Positions 38,099 to 50,770 of a stretch of DNA of 64,000 nt are shown piece by piece; within the stretch, counting starts at the first letter, position 1; every line of letters begins with the position of its first letter. The position numbers were made by a program, and so were the translations under genes. Below the pieces are notes generated by a model. That model saw only the letters and a program-made list of their open reading frames with translations. It did no database searches and was not told the DNA's origin. The DNA is from Lama guanicoe (lineage: Eukaryota), in NCBI GenBank assembly GCA_013239625.1, contig MU054400.1, positions 3,012,282-3,076,281 on the forward strand, written 5' to 3'.

Positions 38099-41000
38099 GC
38101 CCTTCCCCAGACCCGTCCTTCCCAGAGCACCTCCTCAGATGGGCCCAGAGGATGACTGTCTTCTAACTGCCGCTGGATGCCACCAGCCTGCTGCTGTTCA
38201 CTGCAAAGACCCCGAGAAGCTTTCCGAGGAAGCAACGTGTCCTTCTCCATCCGTAGACACAGTATGGACTTCTTTTGGCATTCTCTCTTTCTCTCTTTCC
38301 GTCTCCCTTGGTTTATTCCCTAATGTTTTTATTTTTCTCTTGATTTATTTTTCATCTCCCCTGCTTTACAGTCCTTCCCCTTTCTTTTTTTAATCAATCT
38401 GGCTTCTGCATTACTATTAACTCTGCATAGACAAAGGCCTTAAGAAACCTAATTTGTTATATCAGCAGACACGCCAGTTGCCCACCACAACTAACAATGC
38501 CTTGTTGTATTCCTGCCTTTGATGTGGATGAAAAAAAGGGAAAACAAATATCTGACTTAAAACTTTGTCACTTCCGCTGTACAGACATCGAACGTTTCTA
38601 TGGATTCACTTCTATTTATTTATGATTATTACTGTTCTTATTGTTTTTGGATGGCTTAAGCCTGTGTATGACAAAGGAAAACTTGTGTTCAATCTGGGAA
38701 GCCTTTATCTATGGGAGATTAAAACCGGAGAGAAAGAAGATTGATTATAAACCGCAGAACCGAGAGGAACAAAGACACCCATTGGGATCAGCGGGCGTCA
38801 GTCCCAACTTAAGAAAAACCCAGCGACTGTCAGCTGGGAGGAATGTATTCGGCACCTTCCCCTGAGGACCTTTCTGAGGAGTAAAAAGACTCTGTGCCAT
38901 GGACTCTTCTTTTCCCATCACCAGAAACACGAGAGTGTAGCACGGAGAACGATGGCTTCCGGGAGGCGAGACGGCGCGTCGCGCACTCAGACCGTCTTGC
39001 CTTTGGAAGCCATGGGGATTGCACTGCTTTGTTTTTCCAAGTGTTGTCCACCGAGCCTTTGTCAAGGTCGGCTGAAATTAGGTGGATTCTTGTCCAGAGA
39101 TCGTTTCAGGGTCCGATGGGAAGCCGAGGACTTGGAAAAGATGAGACAAGCTACAAATTCAGAGGCAAGTTTCTCTTACATTGAGCTTGTCAGAGAGCAC
39201 TTCCCTCCGACCCCTGCCCTCCACTCCACCCGTCCTTTGAACTGTGCAAGCAAAACTGTGCATGGTCTTTGTCGATTAATACCTTGTGTGCAGACACTAC
39301 CGCTCCAGACGTCCTGCCCCTGGTGTGTAGAGCAGAGCCCTAAAAGGCGTAACTTAAGTAACTAGGGGAAGCTAATGGAATTCATTAGCTGAGTCTAAGT
39401 GTCTCTGGGTCGTATGGCGGTGATGGGTTTTAACGAATATGGACCCGGACACCTGGCTATAGCCTCAGTCATGACGCACCCACTGTGGGAAGGGCAACAC
39501 TGATCCCTGAGGGAAAGGAACCCTCACCCACCCTGGGGGTGTCACACGCACTGATGCTCAGCGTACACGGGCCAAGACCTTGCTCTGGGCTCTGGTTGGG
39601 AGAGTGGTTTCATTCCAAGTGTACTCCACTGTGGATATGCTGTTTTGTTCTCTTCACTCCATTGAAAAAAAAAAAAAGTAAAAATTGAAAAAATTGGGCA
39701 CAGCATGCCAGTGGGAGGCTATGCCCAGACCAAGCTTTGGAGGTGGGCTTCTGGGCATAGTCACGGGTTTTGCGAAAAGAGGTTGTAAATTTAACTAGAA
39801 ATTTACAGTTATCTGGGTAATCAGTTATACCAAGGAAGAAACATTTTTCTGTTCCTCAAGAAAACTTGCTACCCTCTGTGAGGGGACTTTTGCTAACTTG
39901 ACATCTTTATAACACGAGCCAGATGGAAGGGGAGTGATTTTAATTCAACTTATGTCACTTTATTTCGTATTTGTTTCTGAAGGTGCAATTGCTCTGTTTC
40001 GGTTTTGCTTATGCCCTTAATTACTGGAGCACCTATATTTTCCATTATAGGCGTTGAAAGCCAGTTCTCAAAAAATCAAAAATGTCCATTCACAGAGAAC
40101 AAAAGGAAATCCGGTAGGATCTGCCGTCAAGAGGAGGGGGCCGGACAAGACGAACCCTACAGTCCTTTCAAGTTCTGCACTGGCCTATGGGACATGGGAG
40201 TTGAATCGTTTGTTCTTTTTGTCGGTGAAAAAAAAAACCCTCCAGAATACACATAATAATATAACGAAAGCCATATCTCCATGATATATACCTGCGTGTA
40301 TATATCCTATTAAGGACCCATGGTACTGTTAAAACACTGTGGCATCCTGTGAAGCAGTGAGAAGAGGCAGATTTGTACAAAACTTTTCTAGATTCCATCA
40401 GCGAGGACTGAAAACCTACACGGGTTTGTCGTTCTGCGTGAGCTGCTCTGGGGAAGGAAGCTGCAAGTTACTGGTTTTATTTTCACAGGCAGCAAAGGAG
40501 GTAATACTCTAAGGGATCAAATTCAAGAAAGGGCTGTGCAGTTTTCAAGCCAGGATTTGTTTCAGGCAGATGAGAGCAAGGGGAGCTTTCCACTCCCCTC
40601 CCAGTGTTGTGGTTTCCTCTGAAGGAAAAAAAGCAAAAAAAAAAAAAAATTCTTTTTCTCTTTACCTTCTGACAAGTCCCTCAAGGTCTTGAAATGAAAG
40701 GTTCTATGCAAGTGCAAAGTTTTATAGTTATTTATATTGCCGATTATTATTAATTTTTTTCCTCTGTTGTCTCAAGAGGATGTACTGATTTCAGAGACGT
40801 CTTGCATTGAAGGAATCCCAGATTGCTTTTAAAGTAGCCGAATGAACCAAAAACTAGCTTCAAGTATCCGTCCCTGTTCCTCCACAATCCCCTCTTCTTG
40901 TGCTCTTGTGATTTTTTTTTTTTTAAGAGAAGGGGCATCTTCATTCTGCAATGTAAAGCTCACAGAACATGGCCGGCCATCACATTCATTAAACACAACA

Positions 41001-43620
41001 GGAGTGGTGACAAACCTACTTCTCTAGCCCAGACTCAGCCTGACAGTTGTTTCCATTTATAAATTGTCGAAGAGTTTTCCAAACACTTTTCACATACGTT
41101 GGCAAACGAACCCCATCTTTTAGAGGTGAGGAAATTGAGACTCGGAGAAGTTAAATGGCATGCTAGACCCCTCCAGGCCCCACTGGGACTTAATCAAGGT
41201 GCTCTGACTCTGAAGCTCACGATTCGATCTGCTGGAGACCGTGGTCCAGAAGGGAAAGCACGCGAACAAATTCATGAGAGACAGAATGCAGTCCGTGAGG
41301 TGACAGACAGCTGAGAGACGGTGATGTGCCCTCCTGCTCATAGCTTCAGCTGAATCCCTGTACACTGAGCCAAGGTCATGATCAGGCTTATTTAGGAAAC
41401 ATTGTGAGCTGTGCCAGAAAAGGTCATATCAGAATTCGTATCATGTGTTCACATCAGCACTACCTGTGAGAGCTTCACGTATTTATATGTGTGTTATAAA
41501 TACTTGATTTATACACAGACAAACACACACGTGTGGTGTGCTTGTGAGCTTATGTGTAAGTCTATAGGCGCACAGTAATAGGGATGGTTCTAAGTAGGGT
41601 GCAGAATGAATCATTTGCTTAAGATCTGCTAAATAACCAAACCTTTTTAATGTCATGTTGCTGTTAGTGCTTCCATTTTCCATGTGGGTAGGACTACATC
41701 ACACTTTTCAACTCTCTGCGGTACTGCATGGGTGGAAGACATATCTTAAATAATGTGCTTCCCAAAACAACCAAATCAAAGCCATCCCACTACCTTGAGT
41801 CCTTTCGCTGGCTCCTTGCAAAGGCAAATGCGGCCTGAAATAGATCTCCTTATGTAAAGGTCCAGAAAAAGGAAAATCAATTTAAAAAAAAATCCCTTTG
41901 CACATTGGCATTATGCTCACCTTGTCCTCCCTTTGCCCTTGTGGGTTCGGAGTCCAGGTTCCCGAAGGGAACTGGAGGGTCGTGAGCCCAGAGTCTTGAA
42001 GGCCCAGGGTGAGAATCCGAGACCCCACCGCAAGGCGAGCGACTCTTAGGAATTCCCGCATCCTAACGGAATGCAAGAGACGACGCTGTGAAATGCTGTC
42101 TTTTGCAAAGAGCCATGACAACAGAGTCCCTTGGTCGGGAATAGACGCTTTTGGGTTTTTTTCACTTTTCCTTTTGTAAATTGGGCCTTCTACAATGCCA
42201 GTAACATTCAATTGTATATCTAATTACATCAGTGACTACAGACACACACGCCCTCCATTCTCTTGCTCTCTCCTTTTCTCCCTACGTGAGGATTTTTGTT
42301 TCCAATGCTGAGCTCCGGTTTGGCCCTACATCCCTGTTGCAGAAAAACCTCACCAGGAGGATGGCCAGTGACCCAGCTTCTCAGGTGGTTAAATGCAGTT
42401 CAAGCAGTTTTTTCACAATCCGTAATGATGGCATGCGGAGGCTTCGAGGCTGAGAGAGCAGACGGTTTTCTAAAGAATTCGGGGTGGGAGGGGTGGGTAA
42501 TCAGACGCCACAGCACACGGAGGGGTATTTCCTTGTCGTCAGGGCCGGAATGAGCCACTGCTGCTGCAAGTCAAAGGTTCCCGTATATCCTTCGTGTTTG
42601 TATTTTCTTCTTCTTTTTTCTCTTACCTTTATTTATTTATGTATTTATTTATTCATATATATATATTTGCTCCATTCATCACAAACACAAAGCAAAGCAA
42701 AAAAATATATATATATGTATATCTGTTGCAGGCAAAACACTGTGAATCTCACAACAGCAACCAAGCAACTCTTTTGCCATCTTAACATACGTCTCAGGAG
42801 ACGAAATGGGAAAACATAGGATGTCATCTTTTTCAGTCTATGCATTCTAGGCCAGGTCTGTGTTCGCTTTCTTTCTTTGGTCTGTGCATCAATGACAGTG
42901 ATCGCGAGTGAAGGTTGGCTGAATGTCCAACACACGGAAGCAGGCGTGATAAAAGCTGCTAATTGCTACAGGTTGGAACTGGGGAAAACAATCTGGAGAG
43001 AATGAAATGTCAAGGCCTCCATCTTGCAGCTTGTATATCTTACTATTGCTTTAAAAATGTATAAAACAGCTGGAAATGTTTTCAATACAAGGTCTTTAAA
43101 TTAAATGTGGATTTTTAACTATAGAATCCCTTGACAAATGGTAAATTATGGTGAAATATTGCTCCCTGCATTCAGTGATCATTACCTATCACTTACAAAT
43201 CTTCCCAGAGATGTGGGCACTCTGCATTTGCTTCTGTACGTGGAGAGATGTTTGTATATATCCAGGCCGTACACACACACACACACGTCAATATCTCTCT
43301 GAAGTTACATCGCCCCTTAACTTGTGACCTGGTATTTGAAACTCTCTTTTTATTTGCTTTATTTTCCTTTTAATGTGACGTCTCTGTGCTGATACTTACT
43401 GGTTCTTGTTTTGCAATCTGTTTTGAGGTCCATTGCTTTATTAAGACCCACTGCATCTTGGCTGATTTCAAAGTGACACCAGAATATCAGTGTTAAAAAA
43501 AAAAAAGTTTCGTTTGTAAATCATGTGACCAGCTTCTCTCAACCTGACACGGAAAGTCTCTTGTACTACAGTGTATTTAATAAAAATGATGTCTTACAAT
43601 AAATACCATCCTCCAAAAGA
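38099..43620 (+). other. NTRK2: Long 3'UTR of full-length NTRK2 (about 5.5 kb)
   Basis: Follows the stop codon, is AU-rich and repeat-poor, and ends at tandem AATAAA hexamers with a downstream GT-rich tract. The end point is inferred. Confidence 0.7.
41060..41220 (-). mobile_element. MIR SINE within the 3'UTR
   Basis: ccccatcttttagaggtgaggaaattgagactcggagaagttaaatggcatgc. Confidence 0.75.
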
Positions 43621-43690
43621 CACGGAAAGTGACATGATGATTACTAGAATTTTCACAAGGTGTGGTGTGCTCTTTGTCTGTCTGTCCGCC
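43579..43690 (+). terminator. NTRK2: Polyadenylation cassette copy 1: AATAAA at 43579-43584 and 43598-43603, with a downstream GT-rich element
   Basis: Two canonical hexamers, upstream TGTA motifs, downstream ggtgtggtgtgctctttgtctgtctgt. Confidence 0.75.
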
Positions 43691-43901
43691 TGTACGTGTG
43701 CATTTTAGGTGTGGTCCCTGCAGGTGCCTGCGGTGTTCATGAGTTGAAGGCAACGAGAATGCAGGTTTCCTGGTCAATCCGTCCTAACCTGACACTTTCA
43801 ACCAATATCAGTGTTAAAAAAAAAAAAAAGTTTCGTTTGTAAATCATGTGACCAGCTTCTCTCAACCTGACACGGAAAGTCTCTTGTACTACAGTGTATT
43901 T

Positions 43902-44013
43902 AATAAAAATGATGTCTTACAATAAATACCATCCTCCAAAAGACACGGAAAGTGACATGATGATTACTAGAATTTTCACAAGGTGTGGTGTGCTCTTTGT
44001 CTGTCTGTCCGCC
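43902..44013 (+). terminator. NTRK2: Polyadenylation cassette copy 2 (duplicate): AATAAA at 43902-43907 and 43921-43926
   Basis: Same sequence as copy 1 at an offset of 323 bp. Confidence 0.55.
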
Positions 44014-44149
44014 TGTACGTGTGCATTTTAGGTGTGGTCCCTGCAGGTGCCTGCGGTGTTCATGAGTTGAAGGCAACGAGAATGCAGGTTTCCTGGTCAA
44101 TCCGTCCTAACCTGACACTTTCGACTTACGTCTTGGATAACCAGAACAT

Positions 44150-44343
44150 GCTTGTCCAATAGAACTTTCTGCAGTGATCCAAATGTTCTCTCTCTGCACT
44201 GTCCAATATGGCCAGCTGGCACTTGATAATGTGGCCATGTGGCCATGTGACAAGAGAGCTGACTTTTGAATTTGATTTAATTTCCATTAGTTTACATTTA
44301 AATAGCCACGTGTGGCTCACAACTACCGTGTCCCAAAGCACAG
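44150..44343. mobile_element. MER3 hAT-Charlie DNA transposon
   Basis: tgtccaatagaactttctgcagtgat...ctgtccaatatgg...tttaaatagccacgtgtggct. Confidence 0.8.
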
Positions 44344-45300
44344 AGTGAACAGATAGAATGACCACGATTTCTAATAGATCAGACCTAAGAAAGTTGCTGG
44401 GAGAAATGCTGTGTATCGTGGCCTAGGGTTGGGGCAGCTTTGAGAATCTTAATGACCCAGGAGCAGAAGTAGCCAAATAGAAAATGCCATATCCTCTCAG
44501 CCTCTCTGTTAACCAGTGTTTCCTAAATCAAAAGGTGAAGGAGGGCAAAGTCAGGGTGGTTTGGCAGGGAGGAATCTGGTCGCCTGTCTCTGGCCATCAG
44601 AGCAGCCCACCCACGCTTGCATTTCTCAGGGTCTCACAGCCATATTTCCCGCTGTCTGACCGCTTGCCCCATGTTCTCTGAGAGGCATAGGGGACTTCTG
44701 GGCATTCCTGGTGGAGGCTTCAGGAGCAAAGAGTTTGGCAGTGGACTGTCCCCAAATCAAATGCCTCTCACTGGCACAAATATATTTTCCTTGAGTTAAA
44801 AAAAATACGAGCAGGTTAAAACTCAGCAGGTACTTGAGGAATTCAAAGCTGTGGAATGGGGGGGAACAACTTGTCCAAAAACCCAGATAGGATCACGTGT
44901 CGCTATGAGATCCAAGTGTACATCCCACTCAGAGAAACAGGATGAAGGAACAGAAGCGCACCCCGATGCCTTGGCCAGCCAGAGCCCATGTGGACAATTA
45001 AAGATCCACACTTTACCAGACCATGTTTTTATTTTCCTATTATTTGTACAGTTATAACTGATAATCAGTTTCCATTCTAAAGCTGAAGTCAAGTTTTGCC
45101 TGCTGCTCTGCAGAGCCCTGTCTCATTTTCTCCCTCAAATACACCCCTTTAATTCAGCCTAAAGGGCACCTAACTTCTTGGCTGGGAACGTCACTTCTGA
45201 AGTATTGTAACCAACAACCTCATTCGAACAGGCATCCTTCCCTTTGGAACAAACTGACTAATAAAACAAGTGCTTACTGTGAGCCTGGGTGTTATGTGCA

Positions 45301-45718
45301 TGTTTTAGTTTCCTGCGGCTGCTGTGACAAAGTACCCCAAACTGAGTGGCTTCAAACAACAGAAGTATCTTCAGTCTCCCAGTTCTGGAGGCCAGATGTC
45401 TGAGACGGCGGTGTCGGCATGCACGTATTCCCTCTGGAGACTCTCGGGGAGAATCTGGCCCGTACCTCTTCCAGCCTCTGGTGGCCCCAGATGGTCCTGG
45501 GCTTGCGGCCGCATCTCTCCAATCGCTGCTTTGGTGGCCACACCGCCTCCTTCTTCTTTGTGTGTCTTGTAAGGACACATGGGACTGCATCTCAGTCCCA
45601 CCCAGATACCCCAGGATACGCTCTTCCTCTCTCTTTTGCCTTTCAAGGTCATGTTCACAGGTTCCAGGGATGACTGCGTGGCCATACCTTTTTGGAGACC
45701 GCCATTTCAACCACTACA
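45301..45718 (-). mobile_element. MLT1-family (ERVL-MaLR) solo LTR
   Basis: tgttttagtttcct...gctgctgtgacaaagtaccccaaactgagtggcttcaaacaacagaa...cagttctggaggccaga...ttcaaccactaca. Confidence 0.85.
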
Positions 45719-45729
45719 CTCTGTTAACT

Positions 45730-45835
45730 CACCCAGCTCTTCCATCAACCCTGGGAGGTAGGCACTATTACTATCCCCAGTTTACAGATGAGAAAACCGA
45801 GGCACCGAGAGTTGAGGAACTTGCCAAAACGTGCC
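45730..45835 (-). mobile_element. MIR SINE
   Basis: caaccctgggaggtaggcactattactatccccagtttacagatgagaaaaccgaggcac. Confidence 0.8.
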
Positions 45836-48619
45836 AATTTCAAAAGAAACTGACCAGCAAATAGAGTGCTCACTGTTTGCCAGGGAGATAGTCATTTAAT
45901 CCTCAAAACAAGGGAGGCACTCAGGCGGTTCCAGTCCAGGCAATAGCAGAAAGGCAGGCGCCCGGCCGGCCTAGGGAAGCCTGCAGGTGGGGTTTGGGCT
46001 GGCCACGTGGCACGGCGTTTCGGATCTGGGCTCCAGGCTCTGGAGACTGGTAAAAGCAACTCAAAGCCCAGCCCTGCAGGAGTGAGGCAATCCGTGGGCG
46101 CGAACGCCAGGACGCCAGGTTCAAGGAGACGAGAGAGCTGGTGCTCTGGGGTGTGAGGCCTTTGGTCATGAGGGACAAGATCAGAATTTGGCCACTAGAC
46201 CAAAACCCAAAGTCAAGTGACAGTCCCCAGCAAGGTCAGGGGCCTTTCCTGGAGCCCAGGGCTCCTGAGTCCCCCTTCCCACCACTCCTTACTGTGGGGG
46301 CGGGTGAGCTTACCAGGGGAGGCGGCTGCTAAGCAGCGGGGTCCTGAGGTTTGCACTGACATGAGAATGCCTCTCTGCAAACCCGGCCCCTTCCCTAATG
46401 TCAGTGCTTCGGTGCGCTCCCATGGTTCGAGCTAAGTGATAGCTACACGCCCCACCCTCCTGCCTCCCACAGGTGGTGTTTTACAATGCATGCAAGGCTC
46501 AGACCAAACTCATGCAACAAGCAATGATGTATTGTTGACTACCAGCCTGCTCTGTAGGCCAAGACACTGCCCTGACCTGACCTGGCGTGGAAGCCACAGA
46601 TGCAGTGACGTACTAATGCCAGGACCAGCCTGGCCTCTGTTCAGATCAGGCGACAGGGAGGGACAACGAAAGACCCAGGGAGCTCTGGTCACTGAAAGCT
46701 GTATCCATCTTGCCAGGTTCATCTGCCTCCTTCACGTAGGAATGATGACATTCGTACAGTATATCTAATAAATCGTCAATCTTCAGAATCAGTCATTTCA
46801 CTCACAGACACAACACTGTAGGGTCCCTTATCCTAATTAGCAAATAGTCAGATAGTGATAATATTTTAAATACCGATTACCTGCTAAAGCCACTTCTCAC
46901 ATGGGCGCTGCCCCGGTATGTCGTTAGCTGTGTCACGACATCTCATGGCGGCTAGCGTGTGAGCTGGAGTTAACGTGCACACACACACTGCACTGCAGGG
47001 CCTGGCCTCAAAGTCACACCGATGCTGTAACAGCCTCCCTGTGGACACCTGCAGCCTCTTCTCCTATAACAGGGAGGGAGGGATTTGTAGATACCAACCT
47101 ACATGTGGGAAATGTGACCCTCTTCATTTCCTTTAAATCAGGCTGTCTTTGCCCCAAGTGCGCATCCAGCAGGGGCGAGATCAACCTCAGCCGTTACAGG
47201 GCGTGCCTCCCTTTCCTCAGGCAGCCTTCGCATCTCAAGGCTCACTGATACCCAGGAGGTATGAGAAGGGCTTCCAGTTCACTGCCCATCACAGTCCAGT
47301 GGCTCTGAGAGCCCTGCAGCCAGGACAGCTGTCCTCAGACGCATCGCAGCCATTGCCAAAGTCTGCCCCCCGGACACCCAATCAACTGGGTCTAGACTGT
47401 CTGCTCTCAAGACGCACAACACTTCAATCTGGCTTTTAGTTTCATGTGGCTCATGGAAACTTCTCTTTCTCTTTTCCCATTTCATTATACTTTACAAAGC
47501 ATACGTGTGTTTTCAGAACAAGACGGAGGCTTCCTGCATTTGTTCAGTCTTTCATCTTCCCTGGAAATCTCAAAGCTTCCTTAATTTAGGTGAGGGTTCT
47601 CTTCACATTGTCCTATTTTTCTGGCAAAAGCAGTTCTTGCTGTGGGTCAGAATCACTTGCAGAACTTTGGAAGCCATGGAAGCCAAAGCCTCACCCTGAA
47701 AGAGTTAGTTTCTATTAGTCTCAGTTGGGCAAGACATGGGTTTGCTTTTTTTTTCAAATTTTCTAGATGTTTCTACCATGCAGCTAAAGTAGAGAAATAT
47801 TGTGTTAGACGATGATCAGGCTCAGCCCCAGAATTTCAACCAACTAAACAGAAACACCTGGTGCCAGCCTTGGGCCTTGACTCACCAGGGAACGGGCCCC
47901 ACGGAGAAGGGCCTAGAACTTTCAAGAATGCTGGATGGAGCACTGGTTAGATTTGAGAAGCAAATCGTCAGTACCCGAGGGGTTGAGGCCAGAACTACAT
48001 GTTCCCTCAGAAAATAAGTTTTCTGCGAAGCTCCATGGAAACCAGTTCTGGGCTGGTATTTAAGGCCATCACTCACTCAGCCAGTCCTGCTCAACAGAAA
48101 GGCTGGGGCTCCAGCCCCCCACGGTGCCAGGAGAACGTGGTGGTTCTCCAGCCGCGGATTCTGATGGAGAGCATCCTGCCGCCGGCTCGCTGGGGCAGGC
48201 AGAGCAGCCACCAGGCTTAGACCCACCCTGTGACCATGGAAACCAAGCTGGCCAGATACGCTGGAGTTAAAATTCCTGCCGTGTTGCTGTTAAATGCTGA
48301 CACGAGATCATGAGATCACGAAGTGGGAGGGGAGGGGCCAGGACTTCCTTAATTGTGCAACTTAAAAGTCCCACAGCCCCGAGGTCAGGATCCCTCTTCA
48401 GGAGTCTAAATTCTGTTCCATAAGACTGCCGTGTGTAGTCCCAGAGAGTGATGGGCAACTGAACTGGGAACACGCATACCAGCTACTGAGTCTGCCCGCA
48501 ATGGTCTTCCCCAAAATTATGGTACTCCAGCAGGCGTGCGGTACGTAGCATCTCGCCAGCTGCCCTTGTCTGTGTGACAATATTATTATTTTTAAGTATT
48601 GATTTTTCTTTGTTGGCCA

Positions 48620-48782
48620 TTTCCTACAACAAGAACGTAAGCTCTCTGTAGGCAAAGATTTTCGTATCTCAGGTCCACTATGTAGGCTGACTCGACACAT
48701 AGGTGGTGCACGATTATTTTCGAACTAGTGAATGGGTGATAGATGAATGAATGAATGAATGAATGAATGCAAGAATGAATGT
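48620..48782 (+). mobile_element. L2 3' end with (GAAT)n tail
   Basis: gaacgtaagctctctgtaggcaaagatttt...gaatgaatgaatgaatgaatgaat. Confidence 0.7.
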
Positions 48783-50671
48783 TAAGGGGCTTGAGATAAG
48801 AGGTCAAGAAACTAGGCAGGGACTTACAGGTGATGGATGAGGAATAGGGGGTGTGACCTAAGCAGGAGTCATTTTAACCTTCTGAAGCTTCAGAACTACT
48901 GAATTGTAAATATGAACGATAGTTTATATTACTTATAAACTCTTTAATAAAGGCTTTTTCTCTAGGTTCAGGTGAGCTAATCCATGTTTTGAAACCATAA
49001 AGTAAGTTATTAGTATAAATGACTTCAAATGTTCCCACATGAAAGGAGGGCGATTTTTCTTCTTGACTTAGTTTGAGACCCCAGACGAGCTGGCAGGAGA
49101 AGCGAGGTTACCACGGGAGAAAATAAAAATGCTTGGGTTTTCATCTTCAACTGGACAACGGAGCCGTTTCCCTTTCAAAGAAGAATCCACAGCTTCGAAA
49201 GAAAGAGATTAAAGGTCCCTTGGAGAGGACCAGCTTCCATGTTTGCTGGGAACCAGGCAATTACATCAAATGAAAAAGCCTAAAAACAGTTCCAGGGCAT
49301 CTTTAGGAAGATGGTTAATTGCGTTCAGTTCAGCCTGACCAGGGGACTTGCCCAGAGCGGACTTTGCAAAGTTCGGGATCCTGTGGCCATCCTTGCCAGA
49401 GGGTCCAGTCCTGGTGAAACACCTTCTCCCGCCCCCCATTTCCAGCCTCTCCCACCCCCTAGGCCATTTGCATTTTGCATTTGACAAAGCTTCCTTAGCG
49501 AGCACTTCCTGGGGCCAGACCAACATCTGCCTCCCTTGGGCTCGGATCTCCTGGGAGTGCACAGAATAACTCTTATTCATTATTACTTGGCATCCCTTTA
49601 TGTCTCCCTTGTGCTCTTCCTCCCACAACCACCCCCCCTACAGAAAACTCTGGAATGTTTGCCAAATACCCAGGACAAATGAGAAGGAACTCAGCTCTGC
49701 CTGCTAAAGCTAATGCCCTGCCCGCAAGTCCCATTGTCCCTCCCCTGCTCTCCAGACTCCGGCTCATTCTTGGCACGAGGAGAAAGTAACATTTTATGGG
49801 ATCGCAAAGATTAAAACTGAGCTGTGTCTCCTCCCTTCCACGGATAAAATAGTTTATCCGTGATGGCAAGACAAATCATGCTCCTCATAACCCTTGTACC
49901 CAAGGTCCACCCCAGACCTCCCAGGGGGCTCTCCAAAAAAGGAAAAGAAAAATGAGGGAGTTTAGGTGTCCAGGGGACCGCGAGCTTTGCCATCGCTGCT
50001 GAGAGAGAAAGGTGGAAAGCACTGCTTGTTTGCCTTGCCCTGCCAGGGATGGGGGTGTTGGCTCACCTAAAGATAGACTTAATTGTATTTGTTTCTGCTG
50101 GGGAACATCTGCTCGTACAGTGATTAGGCACTGGCATTCATTAACACAGGAAGTACCGTGTCTGAGGTTTGTGTCACTGGGGATGTTCAAGAACACAGTA
50201 AGACAGACACTCATGGGAGGGATTTAAGAGCATTTTTCATACTGGGCAAAGGTACAGCCTGGGAGATGGTTGAGTACCCAGGGGGTGTGGTTGTTGAGAA
50301 TTCAGTGATCTGTAGTAATCGAGGTCACTCTCCCTGGTACCGTGGGTCAGGACAGACGATGGGGGACACTGACCACGGGGATGGGCTGTGTGAATCAATA
50401 CCTAACAAGGGCCTGGTGGCAGCAGCATCTCAGAAAATGCCTGCGGAATACATGAATAAATTTCTCAGGCACACAGTGGAAAGAAGGCAGAACATTCTGT
50501 GCACCCTTTTTACATTCCAAAGTGCATTTACATATATTATGGCATTTTCTTCCCCACATTCCTCCAAGGATCGGAACACAGGCTTTCCCCCCATTTTACA
50601 GAGAAGGGTCTGGTCGTAGTCCCAGGAGATGGAGACAGAGTCAGAACTAGCAGGCAAGTTTCCTAATTCTT

Positions 50672-50770
50672 TTCTTTTTTAACATTTTTTATTGATTTAT
50701 AATCATTTCACAATGTTGTGTCAAATTCCAGCGTTCAGTACAATTTTTCAGTCATTCATGGACATATACA
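50672..50770 (-). mobile_element. Severely 5'-truncated young L1 (99 bp) with a perfect 17-bp TSD caagtttcctaattctt (50655-50671 / 50771-50787)
   Basis: The reverse complement matches the 3' terminus of the L1 at ~61200-61292. TSD is exact. Confidence 0.88.

Larger units (their letters stand above)
43483..44122. repeat. Tandem duplication of ~320 bp (43483-43799 and 43804-44122)
   Basis: The copies look identical by eye except A12 vs A14, and are separated by a 4-bp spacer (aacc). Confidence 0.96.
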
